Of a stretch of 64,000 nt of DNA, positions 41,869 to 51,419 are shown piece after piece; positions within the stretch are counted from its first letter, which is position 1, and the number at the start of each line of letters is the position of its first letter. The position numbers were made by a program, and so were the translations under genes. The notes beneath the pieces were generated by a model that worked only from the letters and a program-made list of their open reading frames with translations, was not told the origin of the DNA and made no database searches. Source of the DNA: an uncultured delta proteobacterium (GTDB lineage Bacteria; Myxococcota_A; Polyangia; Fen-1088); NCBI GenBank assembly GCA_963796685.1, contig CAWCMR010000026.1, positions 51,031 through 115,030 on the forward strand, in the 5' to 3' direction.

Positions 41869-42686
41869 ATGATGCGAAACTTTGTTCTCGTCGCTGCGTT
41901 CTCGTTGCTCGCGCTGCCGCTATCCGCGCATGCCCAGGATGCTTGCAAAGCTGACGCGGAAAGGCTGTGTCCATCGTTTGTTGGGGCTACAACGGCAGCG
42001 GTCAGGCCACGCCTCCTGCAGGCACGTTCCTTTCCGTCAGCGCCGGCAACGATCACGCCTGCGGCCTGCGGACCGATGGCGTCGTCGTCTGCTGGGGCGA
42101 GAATGGATACGGCCAGCTGACGTCGCCTGGGGGCACATTCGTTTCCGTCAGCGCGGCTTACGAGCACACCTGTGGCGTAAGAGGCGACGGCACGGTCGCC
42201 TGCTGGGGCTATGACCTTTCTGGCGAGTCGAAGCCCCCTGGGGGCACGTTCGCCTCTGTCAGCGCAGGTGACGGCCATACCTGCGGTCTCAAGGGCGACG
42301 GCAGCATCGTCTGCTGGGGCAGCAACGATTCAGGCCAGATGACGTCTCCTGCGGGCACGTTCGTCTCTGTCAGCGCGGGCTCTCAGTACACTTGCGGTCT
42401 CAAGAACGACGGCACCGTCGCTTGCTGGGGCCGCAACGATTTGGGCCAAGCAACCGTCCCAGGGGACGCATACACCTACGCCGCCGCCGCTTACGAGCAC
42501 ACGTGCGCCGTAAAGACCGGCGGCGCCGTTGCCTGCTGGGGATACGACTACTACGGACAAACGGCGGCGCCACCTGGCACTTTCACTTCGGTCACCGGAG
42601 GATATGGGCACACCTGCGGCCTCGAGACCGACGGGACCGTTGTCTGCTGGGGCGACAACAGTGACGGTCAGGCGACGCCGCCATAG
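41869..42686 (+). pseudogene. Chimeric locus: signal peptide + QDACKADAERLC start joined out of frame to RCC1-like repeats
   Basis: GGAGG RBS and ATG 41869; the frame changes at about 41970 into six ~37-aa repeats. Confidence 0.6.
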
Positions 42687-42761
42687 CCCCTTGATGTCCG
42701 GAGATCCATCGCCGGAAGGACTGACGCCTGACGTCCGAGGTCGGGAGACTTCACACGGACG

Positions 42762-44483
42762 CTAGTAGTCGCAGCCAGGTAGCGGTTTATGGGTGGTCGG
42801 ATCAATGAAGTATGTGCAGGGTTGGCACTGCACGGCGACCGTGGTGCCCGCGACAAGTGGACCCATGTTCATTTCTGCTCGGGTCCGCACGACCTTGAGC
42901 AACTGTCCGTTGTACGTATTGGGACACTTCGTCGTGTCGGTTGTGAGCTGCCAGCAGTCCGCCAGAATGTTATCAGGGGTGGCACCCGACGGGCACTCCG
43001 GCATTCCGTTCGGGTTTTCCACGTAAGTCACGTTGGAGGGGTTCTGGGGATCGGTCACGGGCGTCCGATAGGCCACGCGACAGTCGGGCCGCCCGGTCGC
43101 AGGGTCCTTCCACACCTTGTAGCCCACGCACAGGTTCTGCTGCCTCGAGGCGATGGTGCCGCCGATGGTCTTCATCGAGCTCGCGAAGTCAGTCTCGCAG
43201 ACGCTGAACTTCAAACCATTGTCGCCGAATTGGTCGATGAATTTGGACATACGGAGACCAGGCGTGGCGCCCCAACCGGCTGCGACCGGGTCGAAACCGG
43301 TGGCTTTGTCCGTGGTTGCAGTCGCTGGCTGATGGTTTGGATCGTAGCACACCGGCCAGGTATCCCAGACCGTGGGATGAGCCGTGTCGGCGGCGTTCGG
43401 GTTGGGGACCAAGTCGACCTTGTACTGAGCCTGCGAAGGGTCGGTCCCGGCGAGCGGCCAGCCGAAGATACCTGCCACGAGGAGCTGCGTCGAGTCGCTC
43501 TTGAGAGTCTTGATTTCGTTCGCCAAATCAACCACATCCTTCAGGGGGTTGCAGGCGGTTGGCGTCGATACATCTTCCCCGCCCGTGCAGTCGTCGCTCA
43601 CGCCGGAACGGGCTTCACAGGACGTCAAGGGCGCGGTGAATGGCGCGCTGGTCGGGTAGCCAGGCGGGGGGGCGGAGGTGTTTCCGCCATTACACGCGTA
43701 GGCTCGCGTGTAGCAGCGGAGACTCGCGGATTCACCGCGCAGCGAAGGGATGTCGCCGAACATGGCGTCGTTGGGGTAGGCCGAGCAGTCATCCTCGTCG
43801 CTCAGGAAAACCAAACCCAGGTAGGCATTGGGGCGTATCATGGCGTGCTGGGCATCGTTGACCGCGCCCAGGCCGCCGACTACGAGTGCGAGCTCGTAGG
43901 CCTGCAACTGGTGCTCTTCGCCGCACCCGAGAGTCCCCAGACCCGAGGCTAGACACTGCAACACGGTGCTGATGTCACCGGTGAAGTTCACCCCTGCTCC
44001 ATGGGTGTATCCGAGATATGTGGCATCGGCGCTGGTCACGCCGCAACCGGTGGCGCCAATCATCTGGAATCGACCAAAATCGCCGTATTTGGACACGGTT
44101 CCGTCGGGCAGCGTCTTGGGACCGCAAAGTCCGCTCGAATCATGACCGCCGGTGCCGAGATCGCTGTCGATGATGGCGATGCGCAGGTCGGGCAGGGTGC
44201 CAGTGCTGGGATCTTTGAGCGCGTTCATCAGGACGGGAAACTGAGCGTTCAGCTTCGCTTGCTTGGACGCCATGGACGGCGAGTTGTCGATCATGAACAC
44301 CAGGTCAAGCAGACGCTGGGGCGACACCGAAATGTAGGCATCGGTTGTCGGATGAACCGGCGGCACTGGCTGCGTAAGCGGCTGCGAGGTGCAGGCCCAC
44401 CAGGCGAGTGGCAAGATAGGAACTGTGATCGCCCAGCGGAGGGTACTCTGGCCCAGAAGGCTGCGCTTCGAATTACGAATCAT
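42762..44483 (-). CDS. Myxobacterial VWA-like lipoprotein
   Basis: Cys after the signal (WWAC); MIDAS-like DLVFMIDNSPSM; LSDEDDCS. Confidence 0.75.
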   Translation of the reverse strand: MIRNSKRSLLGQSTLRWAITVPILPLAWWACTSQPLTQPVPPVHPTTDAYISVSPQRLLDLVFMIDNSPSMASKQAKLNAQFPVLMNALKDPSTGTLPDLRIAIIDSDLGTGGHDSSGLCGPKTLPDGTVSKYGDFGRFQMIGATGCGVTSADATYLGYTHGAGVNFTGDISTVLQCLASGLGTLGCGEEHQLQAYELALVVGGLGAVNDAQHAMIRPNAYLGLVFLSDEDDCSAYPNDAMFGDIPSLRGESASLRCYTRAYACNGGNTSAPPPGYPTSAPFTAPLTSCEARSGVSDDCTGGEDVSTPTACNPLKDVVDLANEIKTLKSDSTQLLVAGIFGWPLAGTDPSQAQYKVDLVPNPNAADTAHPTVWDTWPVCYDPNHQPATATTDKATGFDPVAAGWGATPGLRMSKFIDQFGDNGLKFSVCETDFASSMKTIGGTIASRQQNLCVGYKVWKDPATGRPDCRVAYRTPVTDPQNPSNVTYVENPNGMPECPSGATPDNILADCWQLTTDTTKCPNTYNGQLLKVVRTRAEMNMGPLVAGTTVAVQCQPCTYFIDPTTHKPLPGCDY

Positions 44484-44685
44484 GGGAGACCTCCTCGTAG
44501 AGCAGCCAAAATGCCGTCGTGTCGTATATCGCGGCTACCTTACAGAGACATGTAGGCGAGCAAGATGCAGGCCGAAGGAGATACCCCAAAAGTGTTGCAC
44601 CGCTCGGTTCTGTCCGCTCTCGGCGCCAATTGAGTTGGCGTCATCAGCAACCAGATTGCGATGGAACGGTACAGGAACGACTTGC

Positions 44686-45324
44686 TCAGCCGCCAAGGTG
44701 CACGGCTTGGCGCACCCACGTGTCGACCGTGGCGGCTTCGACCAGAAAGTCGGCGACGTCCGCGCGCGAAATGGTGCTTGGCACTTTCTGGAGGCGCGGA
44801 GCTCTTGTGGATTGTTTACGAGCGGGGCCGTTGGTCAAGCGGGTGGGGCGGGCGATGACCCATTCGAGGCCACTTTCCATGACCAGCTTCTCTTGGCGTT
44901 CATGGTCGAGGAAGGGCGCCTTGAGCAGAAATCCGATGACCAGCTTGTCGAGGAAGAAGTTGGCAAGCTTGCGACTTTCGCCCACGCCCATGGCGCTCAA
45001 GACGACCAGGCGTTTGATGGCGTTGGCCTTCATGGCGGCGATGGCGTGGGCCGTGCCCTGGGAGAAGTAGGTCGGGTTGTCGCGGAAGCCTTTCAGGGTC
45101 GTGGACGAAGCGGTGATGATGACGGCTTCGTGCCCCGGCATGACCTTGGCGACGGATTCCCGGTTATGGAAATCGCCGCTGACCCGCGTCAGGTCGGCGT
45201 GCTCCAGGACCAGTTTGTCGGGGTGGCGCGCAAACGCCGTGACTTTGTGGCCCCGCTCCAGGGCCACTTTGACCGCCAGAGCACCCGTACCTTGCGAAGC
45301 GCCGAGCACCAGGATCTTCATCAT
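44686..45324 (-). CDS. NAD(P)H-binding flavin reductase-like / atypical SDR
   Basis: AGGAGG RBS; LGASQGTG; ARPTRL; ISRADVA. Confidence 0.88.
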   Translation of the reverse strand: MMKILVLGASQGTGALAVKVALERGHKVTAFARHPDKLVLEHADLTRVSGDFHNRESVAKVMPGHEAVIITASSTTLKGFRDNPTYFSQGTAHAIAAMKANAIKRLVVLSAMGVGESRKLANFFLDKLVIGFLLKAPFLDHERQEKLVMESGLEWVIARPTRLTNGPARKQSTRAPRLQKVPSTISRADVADFLVEAATVDTWVRQAVHLGG

Positions 45325-45613
45325 CGTTCCCTCCTTCCTGCAGTAGCAGCACCGAAGCCTATATCTGCCACCTGAGACGCGCCAGCGCATACCTCCGCAG
45401 GCTCCGTAGGCGAGCCTGCACCACCACCACGATGGATTCCAAGTAGTCCTCGTCGTTTACGCCAAACTCCACGGCAAAGTCGCTGGCCTCACGCCCGATC
45501 CACTGATCAACCAGTACCCGCTGGGCACGGTCTGGTGACGATCAGTGAACTTGCCGGGCTTGAACTGAAGACAGCGCGACATAGGGCGATCGCGCCCGGC
45601 GCGGCCGAAATGC

Positions 45614-47024
45614 GGCTCTCCTGACATCTTCATGGAAGCGCGGGCACCTTGAAGACGGGATGAAGGACAACGCCTGAGCAGCAGAGGAAGATGAAGCCAA
45701 TGAGGGCTTGAGCGTTGTGGAAGCCATAGGCCCTGCGGGTGATGACCCTGATCTTGCCATTAAGGCCCTCGGTTCTTCCGTTATTGAGCCCTGTGGCGAC
45801 AATGGCCACGATGCCGTCCAGGTATTTCTTGATGGTCGCGGCGACCTTCTTGAAGGAAGGTAGTCTGGATCGCCTGGCCCAACTGATCCATTCTTCGAGC
45901 TTCTGTTTGACGACGTTGACCTGGCGACGACCGAGGATGTCGCAGATGGCGATCTTGAGCAGGTAGCCGCGATAGAGTCGGGCATTGGTCTTCGGGAGGG
46001 TCGAAAGCCTCTCAGACTCGGCCCTGGATAGGTTCCACGGATTCTTGAGCAGAAGGTACTTGGTCTTCTTCAGTTGCCCGCGTTCGTCGGTGTCCTCCAG
46101 GAGTCGGACCTCCGCACGCCGGAGCTCGTCGAGTGCTTCCTGCACGAGTCTCTGAACGTGGAAGCGGTCGAAGACGATCTGCGCTTGTGGCGCTCGCGAG
46201 GTGACCGCGTCGATGTAGGCCGCGGACATGTCGATGGTGACGGTCTTGAGCTTGCTGGTTCGTTCCGGGCCGAGAGCGTCGAAGAAGCAGCCGAGCGTCG
46301 CAGCGTTCTTGCCCTCGTGGGCCCAGACGACCCGCTGCGAGACGTGGTCGACAACGACGGTGACGTACTCATGGTGCCGCCGGTACGACAACTCGTCGAC
46401 GCCGATGTGTTCGAGGTCCTCGAGGAGAAGGCTAGGATCTCGGTGCCGCGGCACCACCCGCTGGATGATGGCGCCGACGGTGCGCCACGCGATGCGCATG
46501 GTTTCGGCCACCATCGTCTGGCTTGCTTGTTGGGCCAGATAGGCCACGTGGTCCTCGAAGTCACGCGTGAAGCCGACCTTCGGCTCGGCCCAAGGGACCA
46601 TCTCGATGACCACGCCGCACCGAGGACAGTCAACCCTGCGCAGGGTGTAGCGCAGAAGAACCTCCATCCCGCACGCGTCCAGATGCCGCCAGTTCCGAGC
46701 CCGAGCATCGAACACGTCATGGACCCGACATCCGCAGCCTGAGCAGTAGGGAACGGTCGTCGTTGGCGCCACGTGCACCAATATGCCAAGCAGATCGAAT
46801 TCGACCGCCAGGACACGGGTATGTGGAAATTGGAGTAGGTTTCGGAATAGGGTGGTTGCGCGCATGGGCTCCTGGGCTTGTGGGTTCCAGACAAGCCACA
46901 CGATACCCCAGGTGCCCGTGCGCACTTCGTCTCCACCTCACCCGGAACTCATGCCGCCCACATCTCCGTCGGCGACGTGCGTCGCACCTACGAGATCTCC
47001 CTTTACGAAGATGTCAGGAGAGCC
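45614..47024 (-). mobile_element. Complete ISL3-family insertion sequence
   Basis: Perfect 18-bp TIR GGCTCTCCTGACATCTTC (45614-45631 / 47007-47024); 8-bp target duplication CGAAATGC (45606-45613 / 47025-47032). Confidence 0.95.
45630..46865 (-). CDS. ISL3-family transposase
   Basis: Zn ribbon CSGC/CPRC; IGVDE, TIDMS, FDRFHV, NGRTEGLN..RRAYGF. Confidence 0.95.
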   Translation of the reverse strand: MRATTLFRNLLQFPHTRVLAVEFDLLGILVHVAPTTTVPYCSGCGCRVHDVFDARARNWRHLDACGMEVLLRYTLRRVDCPRCGVVIEMVPWAEPKVGFTRDFEDHVAYLAQQASQTMVAETMRIAWRTVGAIIQRVVPRHRDPSLLLEDLEHIGVDELSYRRHHEYVTVVVDHVSQRVVWAHEGKNAATLGCFFDALGPERTSKLKTVTIDMSAAYIDAVTSRAPQAQIVFDRFHVQRLVQEALDELRRAEVRLLEDTDERGQLKKTKYLLLKNPWNLSRAESERLSTLPKTNARLYRGYLLKIAICDILGRRQVNVVKQKLEEWISWARRSRLPSFKKVAATIKKYLDGIVAIVATGLNNGRTEGLNGKIRVITRRAYGFHNAQALIGFIFLCCSGVVLHPVFKVPALP

Positions 47025-47104
47025 CGAAATGCCACTCTTCTGCTCGATTGTCTCCACTCATTCGTCCCTCATGAAGGGACGCTCCTCATTCTGCGGGACG
47101 TCCA

Positions 47105-47518
47105 TCATTGGGCGACCCCAGCAAATCGCACAAACTCGGCTGGAGTCATGACTCGCAGGCCATCACAAGCTTGCTTTGGGAAATGGCGCAAGTTCCCAGT
47201 CACGAGAGGAACTCTTTCGACCAGAGCACACTCTGCGAAGGCAGCATCATCGGGATCAGGGAGTTTCACCATGTCGTCGGGCCCCACGTCCACCCAGGTC
47301 GCCCGAGATCGAATCGCGGCAAGCACATCGTCGACATCCACTGGCCGCAGGCCAAAGGTCGGGCGGACCAAGACCTCGGCGTATTCCCCAAGGATTCGTT
47401 CGTCCACGACCGCGATGACAGAGCCTGCTCGCAGCCAATCTACGATTCGGCCAGGCGGACCAGACGGTGAAAGGAAGCCCGACACCACGACGTTGGTGTC
47501 GAACACGGCCCGAATCAT
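47105..47518 (-). CDS. PIN-domain toxin
   Basis: RAVFDTNVVVSG, DPDDAAFAECA, VTGNLRHF. Confidence 0.88.
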   Translation of the reverse strand: MIRAVFDTNVVVSGFLSPSGPPGRIVDWLRAGSVIAVVDERILGEYAEVLVRPTFGLRPVDVDDVLAAIRSRATWVDVGPDDMVKLPDPDDAAFAECALVERVPLVTGNLRHFPKQACDGLRVMTPAEFVRFAGVAQ

Positions 47519-47808
47519 CGCTGTGTTCCACGCTCGCGACGCGAAGTGACAATCTCCCTCTCGACGTCTCGCAGGCCCATCGTATTCGTCCCAGCTTTCC
47601 GCGCCGACGCACGCACGCGAGCCAGTGCCAGCCGGCTGCGCGAATCGCGCACGGCCTGAATGACCACCTCGGGGTCGTCCAACGGGCCCACATTGACCAA
47701 GACGGCAACCGGTTTGCCATCGCTGGTGAGTAGAAGCTCCTTCTCGTTCGATAGACGTTCCTTCAAGCGGCGTGGTTGCTTGAGATCCTTGATGGCGATG
47801 AGGTTCAT
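47515..47808 (-). CDS. Phd/YefM-like antitoxin
   Basis: IAIKDLK..LLLTSDGKPVAVLV; ATGA overlap with the PIN gene. Confidence 0.8.
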   Translation of the reverse strand: MNLIAIKDLKQPRRLKERLSNEKELLLTSDGKPVAVLVNVGPLDDPEVVIQAVRDSRSRLALARVRASARKAGTNTMGLRDVEREIVTSRRERGTQR

Positions 47809-48103
47809 GAAGAGGTCCTTTAAGAGACATTATAAACTACCGATCGCAATCACCCAACCCCCAAGAGCCTTGTTTGACTCGCGACGGCCGATATTTGTTC
47901 GCCGAAAAGACTCGGCTTCACCACGACTACCAGAGAGCCGCGTGATACCTGTGTTTCTCGACGGACGACTTGAGTAGCCAACGCGGTGATGCTGCTGGTG
48001 ATGCCAGCGGTTCCGGGGGCGCAGGTGGTGATCGGGGCGGCTCATCCGGGGAGAACGGCGCCAGGGTCGAGAAGAAAACCGCGTGATTCAGGCAACTTAG
48101 CTT

Positions 48104-48146
48104 GTGGGTGTTGCAGGGATTGAACCTGCGGCTTCCACCGTGTGAA
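48104..48146 (-). pseudogene. 3' half of tRNA-Val(CAC), att-like fragment
   Basis: Minus strand TT-CAC-AC GGTGG AAGCC GCAGG-TTCAATC-CCTGC AACACCC AC: anticodon loop, paired T arm and acceptor 3' strand; no 5' half. Confidence 0.8.
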
Positions 48147-48499
48147 AAGGAAAAGGCGCAAAATCTCCGTCGGAGATCTGAGCGGGATCAGGGACTCACC
48201 GTCATGGGGAGTCTCGGGCCGTCCACCCCGGTCCCGCTCAGTTGGTGATGGAAGTGGTGATGACCGTTTCGTTCGCTGTCCTGGGCTGTCGAACCGGTTG
48301 GCCTTGACCACGAAATGGGGCAACTAGCCGGATCTTGTCGACTGACCTGCGCGACTTTCGCACCTACCGCTGGAAGAACAGGCGGCCGTTCCGTAACCTG
48401 TTGTTGGCCTGACGGCTGTTGTCTGCGGCGGTCTTTCGTGCTTCGTCAGCCGTGCCGCGAACACCGACATTTTGACACCCATCGCGCTTTCGGGTGAGC

Positions 48500-48599
48500 G
48501 CCTGGCCACGGTCTTGGCGCCGCACCGAATAACGTGTTCGCGGAGCCGGTGGGCGTAGGCACGCCGCGTGTGTGGTGCAGGGGAAAGGGCAGGTGTCAT
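48500..48599 (-). pseudogene. Possible N-terminal remnant of an IS transposase
   Basis: RRAYAHRLREHVIRCG resembles the N-terminus of integrase-core IS proteins. Confidence 0.3.
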
Positions 48600-48829
48600 T
48601 CCCGATCGCCTCTGCTTCCGAAAACCTCAATGATCTCAAGGACGCCGATCGCGCACGTCTCGATAGTCCAGAACTTGCCACGCACCTGACCCAGGCTTTT
48701 CGGTCCGCCGTCAAACGGGTGAAGCGCGCCGATGGGCGAGACGCCGTCTGGGCATGAGCAGAGGTGCGCCTTGGTTCGTGCTGGCATCAACGGTGCCGGT
48801 AATCCACCTTCGCTCAAGACCACGCGACC

Positions 48830-49110
48830 TTACGATCCAGCCTGCCGATTCCTCGGGCAGCTTCCTGATGTCCGCCGGAGGCTACGCCGGCAGCGCGGCG
48901 CATGTCACCGGCACGGCGGCGGCCGGCGACTACGTCCAGCTCGGTGTCAACATGTGCTACGCCTCGGACCTGTTCGACGCCAGCGCCTACGACGGCTTCT
49001 CGTTCTGGGCCAAAGCCGCCACGACGCTGCCCATCCAGGTGAAGCTCGCGCAGGAGAACAACGACCCACAATACAGCCTCTGTGATGCCACCGGCAGCTG
49101 CTACCTCTAT
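48830..49110 (+). pseudogene. CBM11/CIA30-like carbohydrate-binding domain fragment
   Basis: FDASAYDGFSFWAK motif; truncated at both ends. Confidence 0.55.
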
Positions 49111-49388
49111 GCTCGGGCCGCTGACAACCATCAGGACGTGTCGGTCGCCGGTTTCATACCGCCGTGCTCGGCCAGCTTGGTCGGCTTCGCGTAGACGATG
49201 CCCACCTGGACTTTGCCGAAGACGTCCGGGTAGTGACCGTTGTCGACCGGGACGCCGAAGAAGTGGGCGGCTTCCGCGCCGGCCCAGATCTCGGCGAGGC
49301 CCGAGTGCTGGACGGTGACGGTGTTCTTACTGACGTCGAAACCATCAGCGGTGTGGTTCCACAGGTAGTTCTTGACGAAGTCGCAAGC
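49105..49388 (-). pseudogene. Alkaline phosphatase/phosphodiesterase superfamily internal fragment
   Basis: PDVFGKVQVGIVY..KLAEHGG then, after an indel, DRHVLMVVSGP. Confidence 0.5.
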
Positions 49389-50240
49389 GGGTCGACCTTG
49401 TTCTGCTGGGCGCCCTGGCAGCAGTAGCCCACGTTCCACCCGTTGCCGCCGTTCGTCGCCGAGTTGGGAAAAACCGCGATACAGCCCACGCTGTCGCACT
49501 TGGTGTCCCAGTGGCTCGCGCTCTGCTGGCTCGACCCGGAGCCGCCGAGCGGATGAAAATCGAAGATCACCGGCAGCGGGGTGCTTCCCGTGTAGCTCGT
49601 CGGGATATGGACAATGAACGATCGGGACGCGCCGCTCGACGTGATGGTCTGGGTCGAATTGCCAGCTTTGAGCGTACCGGGGCAAGCCGAGGCAGCGCCA
49701 CCCGCGCCGCTTGTGCCGCCCGTGCCGGTCGTTCCACCCATGCCGGTCGTTCCGCCCGACCCTGGGCTGCCACCGGTGCCGGTCCTTCCGCCCGTCGCAC
49801 GACTGCCACCAGTCCCTGGTGTTCCGCCGGTTGCGGAGCCGCCCGTGCCGATTGTGCCGCCCGAGCCGACTGCGCCTCCGCTGCTGGAAACACCACCGCT
49901 TCCGCTTCGCTCCACCGCTCCCGGTCTTGCCACCAGTATCATTCGTGCCGCCGCCGGCACTGCTGCCGCCGATGCCACTCCCGCCACTGCCGCCATAGCT
50001 CGTGCCGCCGCTGCCGACCGAGCCGCCCGTGCTCACGCTGCCGCCACCGCCAACCTTTCCGCCGCTGCCAGCCCCAGCCGATCCACCGGATCCGCCCAGG
50101 CCCGTGCCGGCACTGCCGCCAGCGACCTGTCCGCCGGTTCCTGTTCCCGCTCCTCCGGTTGACGAATTACATCCGAAAGACATGAGAGCTGCCAGGCTGA
50201 TTACCAGGCCGCAGCCCGTGGTGACGCGCGTGTTCTTCAT
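49389..50240 (-). pseudogene. Truncated LpqC/PHB-depolymerase-like esterase lipoprotein with Gly-rich linker
   Basis: Lipobox SFGC; frameshift at about 49906; RSFIVHIP..LPVIFDFH..WNVGYCC; cut before the catalytic Ser. Confidence 0.7.
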
Positions 50241-50262
50241 TGGTGGTTCTCTCCGCGAACGG

Positions 50263-50885
50263 TCACACCTCAAATGCAACCGACGGAGCCGGACCGAAGA
50301 TCGTCTGCCCCGCCAGGTAGGCGCCAGCGCGGCGTCGCGCGGCCACGGCAGGCATGGGCGCTGGCGAAGAAGCGACAACCGAATTCGCTACGACGGGCGC
50401 CGCCTTGTCCGGCGCACGTTCAGCAGGTTGCTTGGCCGGCTTCAAAGTGGGCTCGGCGACGGACGCTGGGCGCGCCGTCGGAGCGGTGGACGGGCTAGCC
50501 GACGGCTTCACGCGCGACATGGAGCCTGTCTCTGTGCCCGCCGTCGCACGATTGTCGCTGGCGAAAGTAGGATCGAGGGTGACCGCGATGATGAGCGCAA
50601 CCGCGTCGGCCGCCTCGGCGCAAGAGCGCGCGAGCAGGCGGCGCGACAACGACTTTCCGCCGGGCCCGGAAAGGGCAAGCTCGCCAACCACGTTACCCGA
50701 GCGCCCGGCGGTGAATACGGCCTCCACCGAAAGCGCACCGTCGTCATCGACAAACTGAATGCGCGGCGAACGGGCCGCGACGCGCGTCATGAGATCGCTT
50801 CGCGTCGTGCAGTCCGGACTGGCGCGTACTTCCAGGTGCGCCGCAGTCACCGCCGACTCGGACGCGGGTCCGCCGATCGAAATCG
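50263..50885 (-). pseudogene. Fragment of an ECF-cluster-associated outer-membrane protein (paralog of 58761-59678)
   Basis: RSCAEAADAVALIIAVTLDP matches PSCKAAADAVALIVALLIDP; truncated at both ends. Confidence 0.65.
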
Positions 50886-51120
50886 GACAGTCAAGGCTCT
50901 GGGCTTCACCCAGCACATCATCTACAGCCTCTATCCCGTAATTCCGACAACCCCGCATCTGAACGCACAAATGGGGCCGCCCTTTACTGACGCCTGCAAC
51001 AACAGTCCGGTGGATTGCCATCTGGTAGACCTTGAGCCGTTGTTCAAAGGCCAGCATTTTGGCAGTGACAATACCCATCCTGACGCCACAGGCGCTGTCA
51101 ATATCGGCGACGCTTGGTGG
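50886..51120 (+). pseudogene. C-terminal SGNH-hydrolase fragment
   Basis: LVDLEPLF..SDNTHPDATG (DxxH block V). Confidence 0.55.
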
Positions 51121-51263
51121 AACAGGAGGATGAAGGTGACCGAATGCGGCCAATTGGACATCGCTGCGTCGGTTGCTTTGGCCAAGGGAAAAGGTACTTG
51201 TTCCGACAATCCACTGTCGACCCGGTCGGAGAAAGAACCCTTGGATTGGGATCGGGGGCCAAG

Positions 51264-51290
51264 ACGGAATCGCGACGCTCGCGCCACTGC
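51264..51290 (+). promoter_or_regulatory. Conserved upstream motif (candidate ECF promoter) of the GH2 gene
   Basis: ACGGAATCGCGACGCTCGCGCCACTGC, 25/27 identical to 56143-56169. Confidence 0.55.
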
Positions 51291-51419
51291 ACGAGCGATG
51301 AAGTTCTTCTGCAGAGTAGCCATGAACAGGCTTGGTGCGCCAGCGTCGGAGTTGGCATTCGGCGAGAAGTGCACAGCGCGCTCCGTGCAGAGCACGATGG
51401 CTTCAGCTTGGAGGTTTGC

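Noticed and set aside
39820-42686. Possible diversity-generating retroelement or shufflon
   Set aside because: No reverse transcriptase or recombinase, and no adenine-specific TR/VR pair visible
48490-51120. Integron cassette array
   Set aside because: Pieces are truncated mid-gene on both strands; no attC-like sites or integron integrase found
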